From Octopus bimaculoides (taxonomy: Eukaryota), in assembly GCF_001194135.2 (NCBI RefSeq), contig NC_069000.1, positions 3,188,711 through 3,252,710 on the forward strand: a stretch of DNA of 64,000 nt. Reading direction: 5' to 3'. Both the position numbers and the translations under genes were made by a program. Shown one piece after another: positions 42,400 through 53,294 of the stretch. The first letter of the stretch is position 1. Each line of letters starts with the position of its first letter. Under the pieces are notes generated by a model, which saw only the letters and a program-made list of their open reading frames with translations, had not been told where the DNA came from and did not search any database.

Positions 42400-42597
42400 A
42401 CAATAATAATAATCTTTCCATGGTCTGAAATTTGTTGGAAGGGGTCTGGCGAATTACTTCGATTCGTGTGTTCAGCTGGTACTTATTTCATCGGACCCAA
42501 AATGACCACAGGCAAAGTCAACCTCAGAACAGAATTTTAACTTAGACTTAAAGCCGAAAGCAATTATAGTAAGCATGTTATCTGGCATATTAATGAT
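42400..42597 (-). mobile_element. SINE family 1
   Basis: CTGGTACTTATTTCATCGGACCC..GGCAAAGTCAACCTC with an (AAT)n tail on the left. Confidence 0.7.
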
Positions 42598-42785
42598 GAC
42601 TGTCAGTCAATAAAAGTCTATTCCCGACACGTGTTTCGTCGCTGTGGTTATTCGCATCTTCTAGGAGGAGTGTTAATAGTGCAGGTAAGCCTTGGTTCTT
42701 CAGAACATCACGTTATTATATTAACACAGAAAACACACGTACACGTACATACACACACACACACACACAGATGTGTGTGTATATG

Positions 42786-42835
<50 letters not shown>

Positions 42836-43578
42836 CACGTTGTAAGTAATATCACTACTTTGTATGACCTTATGTTTCTTGCTGAATGAAGTCTTCAAAT
42901 GAATATAAATTTACTTTCTTTTTTTTCCCATCCACCACTGTCTCACACACAACACATTATATATAGGAGATGTACAGACACAGATTGCGATTTTCACAAT
43001 CAAATTCGCCTTTAGCAATTCTAAGCTATATGTGTGACTTTCTGTTTGTCTTTGTAAGGAAACGTGTCTTGAAATTAGTTAGGAATTGGTATATACCCGA
43101 GGGAAATTCTACAGAGATAATAACTGAAAGGAACTTACGCCAAAAAAAAAGAAAGAAAAGAAAAAAGGCAATAGATTATATAAAAAACAGTCTTCGTCAC
43201 GCTATTCGGATTTAATTCTGTAATAAAGTGTTTCAAGGTTTCATATAGCTTACTGTTTTTTTTTTTTTCTTATTTGCATTCTTTCATTCTAATATCATGG
43301 TGATACACAGATATAGCACCTACAGAGAACTGATATCATTCTGGTATTGATTTTATCTTTCTCTTTGTTCTTAGTGTCTTTCCGCGAAAAGTTTATCGAT
43401 GTATTTAATACGAAAGTCGTAAGAAAGATTTCTTCAGACCAAAACGTAGAACGTTATAAAACAACAACAGCGACATATTGAAAATGGTTTGGTGCCTTCC
43501 TTTTTTTATTAAATATTTAAGACGTCCGTCTGCGATTATATATATGTGATATGTGATTATATATATATATATATATAC

Positions 43579-43621
<43 letters not shown>

Positions 43622-44159
43622 TGATTATATATATATATATATATACATACGTGTGTGTTATTCTTTAACAAACTGGGGACTCTGTTCAGTTATCAAGTGT
43701 TATCCAAGAGACCGAAAAAAGGCCACGAGGAAAGTCGTGACGACGATGGGAAAAAGATTAAGATCGAAATGAACACCGAATTGAAAGTGCGTCGTCACCA
43801 GCGGTAAACACACGCGCGCGTGTGCGCATTTTATCTGGTTTGCACTTTATTTCTAGCAGATAGTCAGTCCCAGAAGGACCCTGACTTTGATCGTACACAG
43901 TTGAGGCACCCTGGACAGAAGGATTAAATTGACAGTTTACTCTATCAAGATAATGTATCTAAGAAAATCGTCCTTTACTTAATCTTCTTAGTGACCAAAT
44001 AAGCACGATTCTCAGTGTGTTGTGTGACTAATTACTATCGTAAAGGATTCAGTACCAGAATCCTTTACAATAACCAGAATTGTATAATTGGAGTGAACTT
44101 GGCTGCGATTTCTGTCATGCAGATCAGCTCGATATTGTTTATACGTTTCATTTATAGTC

Positions 44160-44286
44160 GCAGGCGTGGCTGCTTCTTAAACACATGGTTCCCGGTTCAA
44201 TCTGACTATAGTTTCAGGCTGACCAAAACCTTGTGAGATAATTTCGTAGACGGCAGCTGAAAGAAGCCAGTCCCGTGTGTGTGTGT

Positions 44287-44373
<87 letters not shown>

Positions 44374-44505
44374 CAAGTATCTGGTTCAAAACAAGAAAAA
44401 AGTAACAAGTACTGGGGTCGATTCAGTCGGCTAGAAATTCTTCAAGGGAGTGCCCCAGTATGACCGCAGTCTAATGACTGAACCAAGTAAATGAAAAAAG
44501 TAAAC
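44160..44505 (+). mobile_element. SINE family 2, near-complete: head + (TG)n + tail
   Basis: GCAGGCGTGGCTG..ACACATGGTTCCCGGTTCAA..GAAAGAAGCC, (TG)n, then GTACTGGGGTCGATT..GTGCCCCAGTATGACCGCAGTCTAATGACTGAA. Confidence 0.8.
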
Positions 44506-44977
44506 GATACAGTGTAATTTGAGGGAGATTCAGTTATAGTTTCTAGCAGATCGATAACAAAGATGTTCATAGGTTTTATGTTGTTATAAAGTTCTCTGTA
44601 TAATAAATCTGCGACAGGTAACAAAGAAACTCAAGGATTATTCTAAGTGTCGTTTGTGAAGAAATTCTAGGAAGGATTTATAGCTGTACGCATTAAATAG
44701 GGTCTCATAATTCTAGGTTATCTACATTTATACATTAACGAGGGAAGTAAAAACTTTTATCAATAATCTTCGAAGTTTCCAGAAATCTCCTCGCAGCAAC
44801 AACATTATGTATTTAACTGCAAATAATTTATTCTCTGTGGCTTCCATTTCCTTAATACCGCGACTACGTTTCACACAAGTCTTTATGTAGTCTTGGCGGT
44901 GTTGCCTGATTGAGGAATTTCTCTTTGCATTCAGAAGCTTGGAAATATGCATTTTGTTTCATAGTTTAATCATACGC

Positions 44978-45415
44978 CCAGGCGTAGATTTGTAGGTTAA
45001 AAAGTTCGCTTTGAGACCACATGGCTTGGGGTTCAATATCACTGCGTGGTACCTTGGGCAAGCTTCTTCTGTTGTAGCAATGGCTTGTGAATTTGGCTGA
45101 CGAAAACCGTGTGAATTCTCGTCGTATGGCTGGAGAGATGAATCGATAAATAAATAAATAGCGATAGATAGATAGAGAGATAGATAGATAGATGTTTGTG
45201 TGTGTATATCGTTATGTTTTCGCCTCATCGCTTGCTAACCGGTGTTGTTGAGTTTAAACCCTCGTGACTTAGCGTTACAACAAATGAATCCAATAGAAGA
45301 ACTACCTTTTACAAGGAAATTAAGCGCTAGGAAGATTTGTTCGACTAAATCACTTAAGATGATGCCCTGGTATGGTCGCAGTCTAATAACTGATACAAGC
45401 AAAGCAAAAGAAAAT
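44978..45415 (+). mobile_element. SINE family 2, near-complete: head + (GATA)n + tail
   Basis: ACCACATGGCTTGGGGTTCAA..CTGCGTGGTACCTTGGGCAAG.., (TAAA)/(GATA)n, then CATCGCTTGCTAACCGGTGTTG..GTTCGACTAAA..TATGGTCGCAGTCTAATAACTGATACAAG. Confidence 0.8.
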
Positions 45416-45750
45416 CATCTTATATTTTCTTTTGGAAAATCAATGACGTAAACAAAATCTTTTACACAAAATGTATTTTCTCCAGACGCTAAGTGTACAT
45501 TCTTTGTTTGGTTTTTTGTAGAACTAAATTTGAGTTTATTTACTTTTATTAATAGAATTCATATAAACTAATCTAAATACTATATTGAAAAACAAGCTTT
45601 TTTTATTTCTCTCCATCTACTTGTTTAGCAAAGTTATTTGCTTAATATTATTTCTTAAATATAACAAGAAAACCGCATTTTATTTTTTTAATTCATTTCA
45701 CTAATTCATCGAAGAAATGTTTAAAAAGTTACTTATTCAATTTAATGATT

Positions 45751-45790
<40 letters not shown>

Positions 45791-46089
45791 GCTTTCGTGA
45801 AGGCACGTGGGCTAGTGGTTACGGTTTTACGAAGAATTAAGATGGTCAGATCTTGGTCATGATCCTTAGACGTGATGGTACGTTTTAACCGTAATCATCC
45901 CGTTATCTAAGCGGAACATATGATATAATATACATGCGAGAAATAACAAAATATGTCTAGTATGAATAAATTACCATATCAGTAATCGATAGGATATAGC
46001 CTGTGAAGGTTTGCTAACATACCCATGAGTGGTTCCCTATCTTTGCAACGCTTATAAATGCAAAAAGTAAACAAACTGGAACAGCAAAG

Positions 46090-46160
46090 ACTACATAAGA
46101 CGGACGATATGCGACTAAGTAATTTTTCCAGTATGCTAACGATTATGATAGCTCGCCTAC
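46090..46160 (-). mobile_element. SINE family 1, 5' fragment
   Basis: AGACGGACGATATGCGACTAAG..GCTAACGATTATGATAGCTCGCC. Confidence 0.6.
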
Positions 46161-47610
46161 TTCATTTAACTTAATTCTAAATGTTTCTTAAGTGAGCAGC
46201 CAAAATCGCTATATGAATATCTTTATCCAATCGGTTGTGAAGAACTAACTGCTGGTGCTAATATGCGATGTACGTTGTATAATATACATGAGTAAATTGC
46301 CGTTCACGTTCATGTCTTTCCACATGACATAGTATTTTGGTCACCTGTAAGGTGTTGAAACAATCGTAAACCATAGAATAAATATTACATCATAAACTCC
46401 GCGCTTCTTTTAAATACATACATACTTACATACATACATACATACATACACACATACATACACAAAAGTGTATAAATAATGATAAGTGTATGTACATATA
46501 TTTCGGAACGGTTTCACTCGAAGTAGATAAAGCTATAAATAATAATAGAGTCGTGGTACTTTGCCTGTTCAAAGTGATTTTAAACCCGATATTCACACCA
46601 TAGTATTCATACCTTTATTTCTTTCGAGTTAAACTGCTACAAAAACAAGTTATTTCATGTACTCAGGAAATTTCTAAATCCGTTTTTTTTTTGTCAACAA
46701 CATCTCTGCGTGGACTGAGTGTTTGTCTGTGAGTGTGTTTAGGAATATAGGAATAGTATAACGGTTTACAAATGGACTTTCAAAAGAATAAGAGAAAGAG
46801 ATTCAAATAATACAGAAATAACAAAATGACTTCGAAGTCGGAAGGAAGAAGTAGGTGAATTAAGGCGGATGGAATTTTAGCATATATAGGTTATCTGGAT
46901 GCTACCTGATTTTCTCTTTTCACTTCAAACTTCCAATGTCCAAAACATAATTCAACTGTCATAGGTGTAACAGATTAGAATTACCCTTTCTAGGATAATT
47001 TAATAATTATCCTGCATTCACTCCCACTATTAGATTAATCTTCCGCTACGCACAACAAAATTGGTTACCTAAGTGTCTGTTGATGGAACTTTAATGTTAA
47101 AACGATTTATAAGCAAGATTATGCTGCAGCTGAAACTAGATTAGCATAATTTCAGATTTTCGAGGTACCAATGGAAGTAATCTTTTTAAACTAATCTACG
47201 GAGTGATATTTATTTCGTAATTAACAACCAAATTTAGAAAGGTAGGCCATGTGGATTTCGTGACATTCGCACCCATCGCAACAAACATTAACAGAATAAT
47301 TGCAACACCTTCAATTTGGAATGGGAAAGTTCTTGCCAACTTGCATAAACATGGAAGATATTGATTAATCTCAATGGCACAGCGCCATCTGTTTGTAAGA
47401 AGATACATTAGCCGATGACTAAATTGGGTGATGTTGTAGCGAGAGAGGGAAGTGTTTCGTTTCCCATCTCCAGATTTCGAGAGCGATTTTTACTGCGAGT
47501 CACCAGGATCGATACATTGAAGTATTAATCATGTACTAGGGTCGATATAACTGAATTCTTCCACTCCTAAATATTGGTAACCATGTGCTAAAATTAGAAA
47601 GAATTATTAC

Positions 47611-47642
<32 letters not shown>

Positions 47643-47728
47643 TTCACTTTTACTGTTACTAGTTTACCTACTATTTAGAATCTTAAGATTTCACTAACCA
47701 TTTCACTCAAATACTAAAGGGGTCAGAG

Positions 47729-47982
47729 CAGTGGTTCTATGGACCATTTTGTTTCCTGTTTTACTCAATTGGAGCTCCTCAGCCAGCTGATGTTTAAATA
47801 AAAATACAATATAATATTGTACGTGATTTATATTAGGAATTGTTTAAAAATTGTTGAAATATTTTGCGTCTTATAGAACTATAACCAACTTTATTGCACA
47901 TAAATGTTAACAAAATCTTATATAAATTCCCAAGGGTCATATGGACCCCGAATATCATATGGAGCCCCGTCGAGAACTACTG
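47729..47982. mobile_element. hAT-type MITE (254 bp)
   Basis: TIRs CAGTGGTTCT / AGAACTACTG (9/10 match); subterminal ATGGACC/ATGGAGC motifs; flanks GGTCAGAG and GTTTAGGG are a possible decayed 8-bp TSD (5/8). Confidence 0.7.
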
Positions 47983-48945
47983 GTTTAGGGTCACACAAAG
48001 AAGATGTTTCATTCAGAAGAAGTCTGAATCAGGTAGCAAAACTCAACGACTCAAATCCTGAAGAAGTTTCTTTCAAAACATTGAAGATATATGCGTCTAA
48101 CACTTAGAATGCTGACACAGACCTCGAATAAGTCTCACACGGACCTCTAGTTGTGTGACACAAACCATTTCCCATCCACCAGATGTTTTGTCACAGATCG
48201 CGTCTCGTACCAGATGTTTCATACAGATTCCGAAGCGGTTTGGCACAGAACCCCGAAGGTGGGCGATATACATCCTCGAGAATATTTTACATAGATATTA
48301 TTCAGACACGAAAGTCTTTTTCATTGAGAGTCGTGTTTGATTCAATCCGTGATGATTACTTTTGACAGTGAAGATATTGGAATCAGACAGCAGCGTCTCT
48401 CCAACAGAAAACAGATGTAAATACTTGAAGATGTATTTAGTTTGATGTGTCTCAATTGTAATAGTTGCTGCCGTTGTCATGAATATAATGCAAGGTGAAA
48501 ATATTGTTTAACTCATCTACATACCAAATTATTCAAGACTTGAGATCAATTAGAGTTTATGATAATTGTAAATAAATACTAATCAGAATGATGCAAATTA
48601 AATCGGCTAACAAGTATGAAATTACATATATGATGTCTATGGCATCGTCATCGTCATCATCGTTATATACCGTTAAAGCCACGAAGGAATATATATGATC
48701 TTTCGTAATGTCCGGTCGGTAGGAGGTGATTAAATATTCATTTCGTTGATATTTTCGGGAGAACGAGTGACTCCGACCAGACGCATACTTTGGAGTTATC
48801 TAATGCTATTTAGTATCGTTTTATCTATAGGAGACCATCTCTTACTCATATATATAGTTCAGAATTGTAGAAAAGCAGAAGACGGAGACAGGTGAGAGAA
48901 CAACAAAGAAAGTGTATTAGTTTGACACTCAGGAAACATCAAAGA

Positions 48946-48985
48946 GTCTTCGACGTTTCGAGCATACGCTCTTCTACAGATAGAA
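48946..48985 (-). ncRNA. Minimal hammerhead-like motif, family C (A6U variant)
   Basis: Minus strand: TTCTAT-CTGTAGA-A-GAGC(GTAT)GCTC-GAAA-CG-TC-GAAGAC. Perfect 4-bp stem II, ACGT palindromic stem III, GUC site; stem I is weak. Confidence 0.5.
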
Positions 48986-49133
48986 ATGAGGAAATAAAAC
49001 AATCTAGATGGTAAAGAGAGATGTAGGGAAAGAGACAGACAGACGAACAGAACGTGTCTGGATTCAAGGTTTCACATGTTAAAATGTTATACTCGAATCT
49101 TTTGAACATAAACAACCCTCTAGCTTTGTTATA

Positions 49134-49179
49134 TATCTAGCTGAGGAGACAACAAAACGAAATAACAGTGTCTCAGATA
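49134..49179 (+). ncRNA. Minimal type-I hammerhead motif, family D
   Basis: TATCTAG-CTGAGGA-G(ACAACAAAA)C-GAAA-TAACAGTG-TC-TCAGATA. Full core, 1-bp stem II, 3-bp stem III, 6/7 stem I, GUC site. Confidence 0.65.
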
Positions 49180-49363
49180 CCCTGCGCCGAGGATTCGAGT
49201 GTGTTATAAACCTACTCTCATCGTGAATGAAAGAAGTCGTTCTCCTGCGACGTACACAACAACAACTTGCATATTTTGCGTTCGAATCTGCCGGAACGTA
49301 TTAATAATAACTATCCACATCGTCGTTTTCGATCTAGCTGTACTCATTGCAAATAACGATGTG

Positions 49364-49457
<94 letters not shown>

Positions 49458-50566
49458 GTTATATCTAAAGTAAGATAAAACTGGGTATAGTTGTATTCTT
49501 AGCTGTCATATGTCGTTTACGGTGCAATTGTCGTTACTCTTCGTCTATACAATCAGGCTATGTCACAGTCTCCATCACAGACATTGCTTATGCGCCATCG
49601 TTGAAACTACCTGTCGAATAATCTTTGAAATAATTCAGGTGTGTACTGTTGTCCCGAGTTTTTCATCTTCATTGGTGAAGCATGAACACTATAATAGAGG
49701 GGAACGGGTTATAGTTTCTATGCGGATGATATCTAGTTTCAAAACAAAACCGAAAGCGTTAATAATTAGCTTTATTTGGGGAATTCAAAACAAGACATTA
49801 TCTAGGTTTGCTATGAATTCTTCCTAATCTTAATAATTCTATAAGTATTATGTAACGAATCATGGATTCCTTTTCCTTTGTTTACAGAGCATTATTTTCC
49901 AGCTTGGGAATTTAAAACATCATAACAGAATATACTTTTTTATGCTTGCTTGTATTGCAGAATTTGAACGTTATCCCTTATGTTACATGTCACGTGGTGT
50001 AGATTGATTTTGTTTTATTTTCTTGCTAGAAACACCCAATAAATACACGGGGAAGTAGAAGCTGGGGACGATGTTTATAACGTTTAACATAAGCGGCAGC
50101 GTAACATGCACAAATGATAAGAAAGTATATTTCAGCCGGGAATTGAAAACGTATCAGGAAACTAAGTGACCGACAGATTTAAAACTTTTTCCCCAGTTTA
50201 AAGATCACAGCCGGAACGCTGTTCTGTAAGACATCAAAGTGTTACAAAAGAAAAGAGAGGAAAATAACTACAAAGAAGAAGGCAGGAAAATAAGTAAATA
50301 AACAAGGTTAACATTAAAACAGAATGGAATGAAGTAGACCAGTAAGTCAACTAATAGAACTAAGTGAAGCGTCTAATAGAAAAATAATATCCATTAACTT
50401 AGCTAATCTATCGTAATGACAAAAATGCATTTCAATACTTTCATGTTTATTATTATCATTATTACTACAACGACTATTATTATTACTATTATTATTATTA
50501 TTATTACTATTATTATTATTATTATTATTATTATCATTATGACAAACAATACTACTATTATTATCA

Positions 50567-50755
50567 AGGCGACCAGAGAGACGGAATCATTAGGGTGCCG
50601 AAAAAATTGCTTAACGATCTTTCTTTCAGCGAAGACACCGCTGCATTCCGTCATTGAAGAGTCGATAAAAAAAGTATAGGTCGAGTATTAAGGGCGATGA
50701 AATCGATTAAACTCTACCCCTTAATTCGCTGGCTTTGTGCCAGAATTTAAAAACA
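50567..50755 (+). mobile_element. SINE family 1, diverged
   Basis: AAGGCGACC..GGAATCATTAG..GAGTCGATAAAAAAAGT..GCTGGCTTTGTGCCAGAATTTAAAAACATTATC. Confidence 0.6.
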
Positions 50756-50782
50756 TTATCATTCGTATATGTATATGCCATC

Positions 50783-50990
50783 AAAGTGACGCTGGGGTAC
50801 AAATTTCCGAAGCCCAGTAACCCATCGTGGCTAATCGTCTGATAGGCGTACACCAGGTATATGCATCACAAGCATACGTGCGCGACATGGTGACCTCCTA
50901 TCGAGAGAAAGAGTGCATGACCTTGCAGGTGAGACCCCGCTTAGATTTTATTCCGGGTCGAGTAAACCATCCTGTTCAAAAGACCTTTGA
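50783..50990 (+). mobile_element. Unclassified interspersed repeat
   Basis: GGGGTACAAAT..CGTCTGATAGGCGTACACCAGG..GCGCGACATGGTGA..GACCTTGCAGGT resembles a repeat I recall from octopus genomes; single copy here, unverified. Confidence 0.35.
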
Positions 50991-51029
50991 ATGTTATATT
51001 ATTGTTATTATCATCTTTCAATTCTGTTT

Positions 51030-51190
51030 CCAGCATTTCGTACGTCATTACGTTCTGAGTTCAAATTCTGCTGTGTTCGACTGTGAAAGTGAGGGGAATA
51101 ATATAAGTACCAGCTAAGCACTGGCTTCCATGTTATCAATGTGCCCCCTCCCCCGAAGTTGTCCGGCTGGTACCAACATTTGCAACCATT
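51030..51190 (+). mobile_element. SINE family 1, 5'-truncated
   Basis: TACGTTCTGAGTTCAAATTC..TAAGTACCAG..CCCCTCCCCC..ACCATTATT. Confidence 0.7.
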
Positions 51191-51196
51191 ATTATT

Positions 51197-51410
51197 CAGT
51201 TCTATATTTAAGAGATGAGGAATTATTTACATTTGACGGATATTTGTCTTTATGTTGTCTGTTGTCAACACACCGTTTCGGCTGATATACCCTCCAGCTT
51301 TCATCAGGTGTCTTGGGGAAATTTCGAACCTGGGTTCTCATTCCTAAGGTATTTTTCGATGTTGTTGTTATTATTATCATTATTATTATCGTTATTATCA
51401 TTATTATTAT
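51197..51410 (-). mobile_element. Family A tRNA-hammerhead element: (AAT)n plus hammerhead tail
   Basis: High-identity reverse complement of 60466-60649. The hammerhead at 51266-51313 has U16.1>G and a stem II mismatch. Confidence 0.85.
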
Positions 51411-51411
51411 T

Positions 51412-51533
51412 CACGGGCATATGACGTAGAGCCCACGGGCATATGGCGTAGAACCCGCGGGCATATGGCGTAGTGGTTAAGATCGCGGGCTACTAACTCC
51501 AAGATTCCGAGTTCGATTCCAGACAGTGACCTG
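51412..51533 (+). mobile_element. Family A tRNA-like head with a triplicated 22-bp 5' end
   Basis: A box TGGCGTAGTGG (51466-51476), 7-nt anticodon-like loop CTACTAA, B box GTTCGATTCC (51511-51520); units CACGGGCATATGACGTAGAGCC / CACGGGCATATGGCGTAGAACC / CGCGGGCATATGGCGTAG. Confidence 0.85.
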
Positions 51534-51544
51534 GCAAGTGGCAG

Positions 51545-51690
51545 TGGGCCAAGTCCTCTCGCAATGCATTGGTCGACTCGGGGATATAGCGGAAGACATT
51601 TACTCGAGGTACGACACAGTGGGGACAGAACCTAAAGCCTTGTGGTTGGAATGCACACTTCTTACCAAACAGTCACTCCTTTGCCTACAT
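51545..51690 (-). mobile_element. SINE family 2, head
   Basis: GGTCGACTCGGGGATATAGCGGAAGACA..CAGTGGGGACAGAACC..TGTGGTTGG..CTTCTTACCAAACAGTCACTCCT is the reverse complement of the family 2 head. Confidence 0.7.
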
Positions 51691-53224
51691 AGTGAGTCAA
51701 CATCAGAAAATGAATCACTGTTCTATTTAATATCTCATTAATTTCTACGATTAATGACATTCCTCGTGCGATAACATCTACCACAGCAGAAGCAGCAGCA
51801 GCAGTCTCCCGTGTAATGGTAATAATTCTTGTTCTAATCATTATATTCTTTGCTGTTGCTGTTGTTGTTGCAGTTCAATGGCTAAGTGAAAACACACCTA
51901 TGACATTCCATTTCGATTTGAAATGCCACTGAGGTCGACATTGTCATTCGTCAATCCGAGATCAATAAAAAAAATATAATAAACACCGGTGAATTATTGT
52001 TGATGCGGTTGGTTTAATCGAATTGGTGCTAGAAGATTTCGAGTAATGAACTGCACCAGAATGCTTGAGGCAATATGTAAAACACCTATGCACGTGCGTG
52101 CGTATTTACATGCATATATACGTGTGTATATGTGTGAGTTCATAGAGATAGATAGACAGATAAATTCATTGATAGGCAGATATATAAACACTAACATACA
52201 CATATGAACATACATACTTGCATAAACGTTTATATGTATACACACATACATATTTAAATACGTATATACACATACGTGTACGCGTAAGTATGTGTGTATG
52301 TATGTATATATAAATGTAATGCAAGTATGTATAAGTAGGGAATATGCAGATTTCAGATTGATCAATCCCTTGAGTATGAACTTCAAGGTCACGTTGGGAA
52401 GGGTCGTAACAGCACTCAAGTTAATTAATTTTCAGCCATAAACTAATAACGACGATTCAGACGCTCATTTAGTTCATCCTCCTTCCTTTCTTCCTACTTT
52501 CCTTCCATTCCTTCGTTCTATATTTTATTTATTTATTTATTTTGTTCTGATTTTTTCCCCCCTTTTCTCTTTCTATTTCTTTTATTCTTGCCTCAATAAT
52601 GTCAGCATTTTAATAACATTAGCTTAGTAATTCCTTTGTGGTATCACCGAAGTTATTTGTGAGATGGAGATGTTTACGTGTTATTTCCTTCTAAACTGAA
52701 AATGGAAACGCGTTGAAATAATAATAATAATAATAACAATTATAATAATGATGATGATGATGATAAAAACTATTCAATTAAGGTGCCGGCCTTAAAGGGA
52801 TTCGATAATATCCCATATGTTTTCTTACGAAGAAAAACAGGAAAAAAATATATGACGAAAGAAAGCGAAAACGCAAAAGTTTAGCCGCAAGCCTAGCGCT
52901 TTGTCTAAAGTGGTGTTGAGAAGAGGAGTACCTGAAAGTATTGAAAACCTAAATGGAAATATATAAATTAATCAAGCGATAAATAAAAGAAAATAAAATC
53001 AGGTGCATATACTAAATAGATAAATGTATAAATATATAAAGAGAAAAATAAATTAATTTTTTGCAAGAAAAAAAAATAAAGAATTATAAAAGAGGAAAAT
53101 TGTATTTACTCATTCGATCGCTCTTATGTTCGTCTCGAGAGATTAAACTGTTTCGAAAGAGCAAGTATTTTGGAAATCCCATTTCAAATGGATGCATTAA
53201 CAATAAATACTGTGAAACCAACCG

Positions 53225-53226
<2 letters not shown>

Positions 53227-53293
<67 letters not shown>
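53227..53293 (+). repeat. (AAT)n microsatellite
   Basis: Read directly; source of the poly-N/poly-L ORFs. Confidence 0.97.

Positions 53294-53294
<1 letters not shown>

Noticed and set aside
44728-44952. 74-aa minus-strand ORF
   Set aside because: No recognisable family motif or splice context.
48005-48085. ATTCAGA/TCTGAAT hairpin next to GAAAC, and CTGAAGAAG..AAAACATTG
   Set aside because: Each has only half of a hammerhead core and no stem I.
50403-50679. Poly-Ile, membrane-like ORFs
   Set aside because: They translate an (ATT)n microsatellite.
51412-51476. CRISPR-like or regulatory array from the 22-bp repeats
   Set aside because: There are no spacers, the context is eukaryotic, and the units are iterations of the SINE 5' end.
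51456-51533. Functional tRNA gene
   Set aside because: Acceptor-stem pairing is poor, the ACT anticodon is atypical, and it is the head of a repeat (second copy at 60.4 kb).
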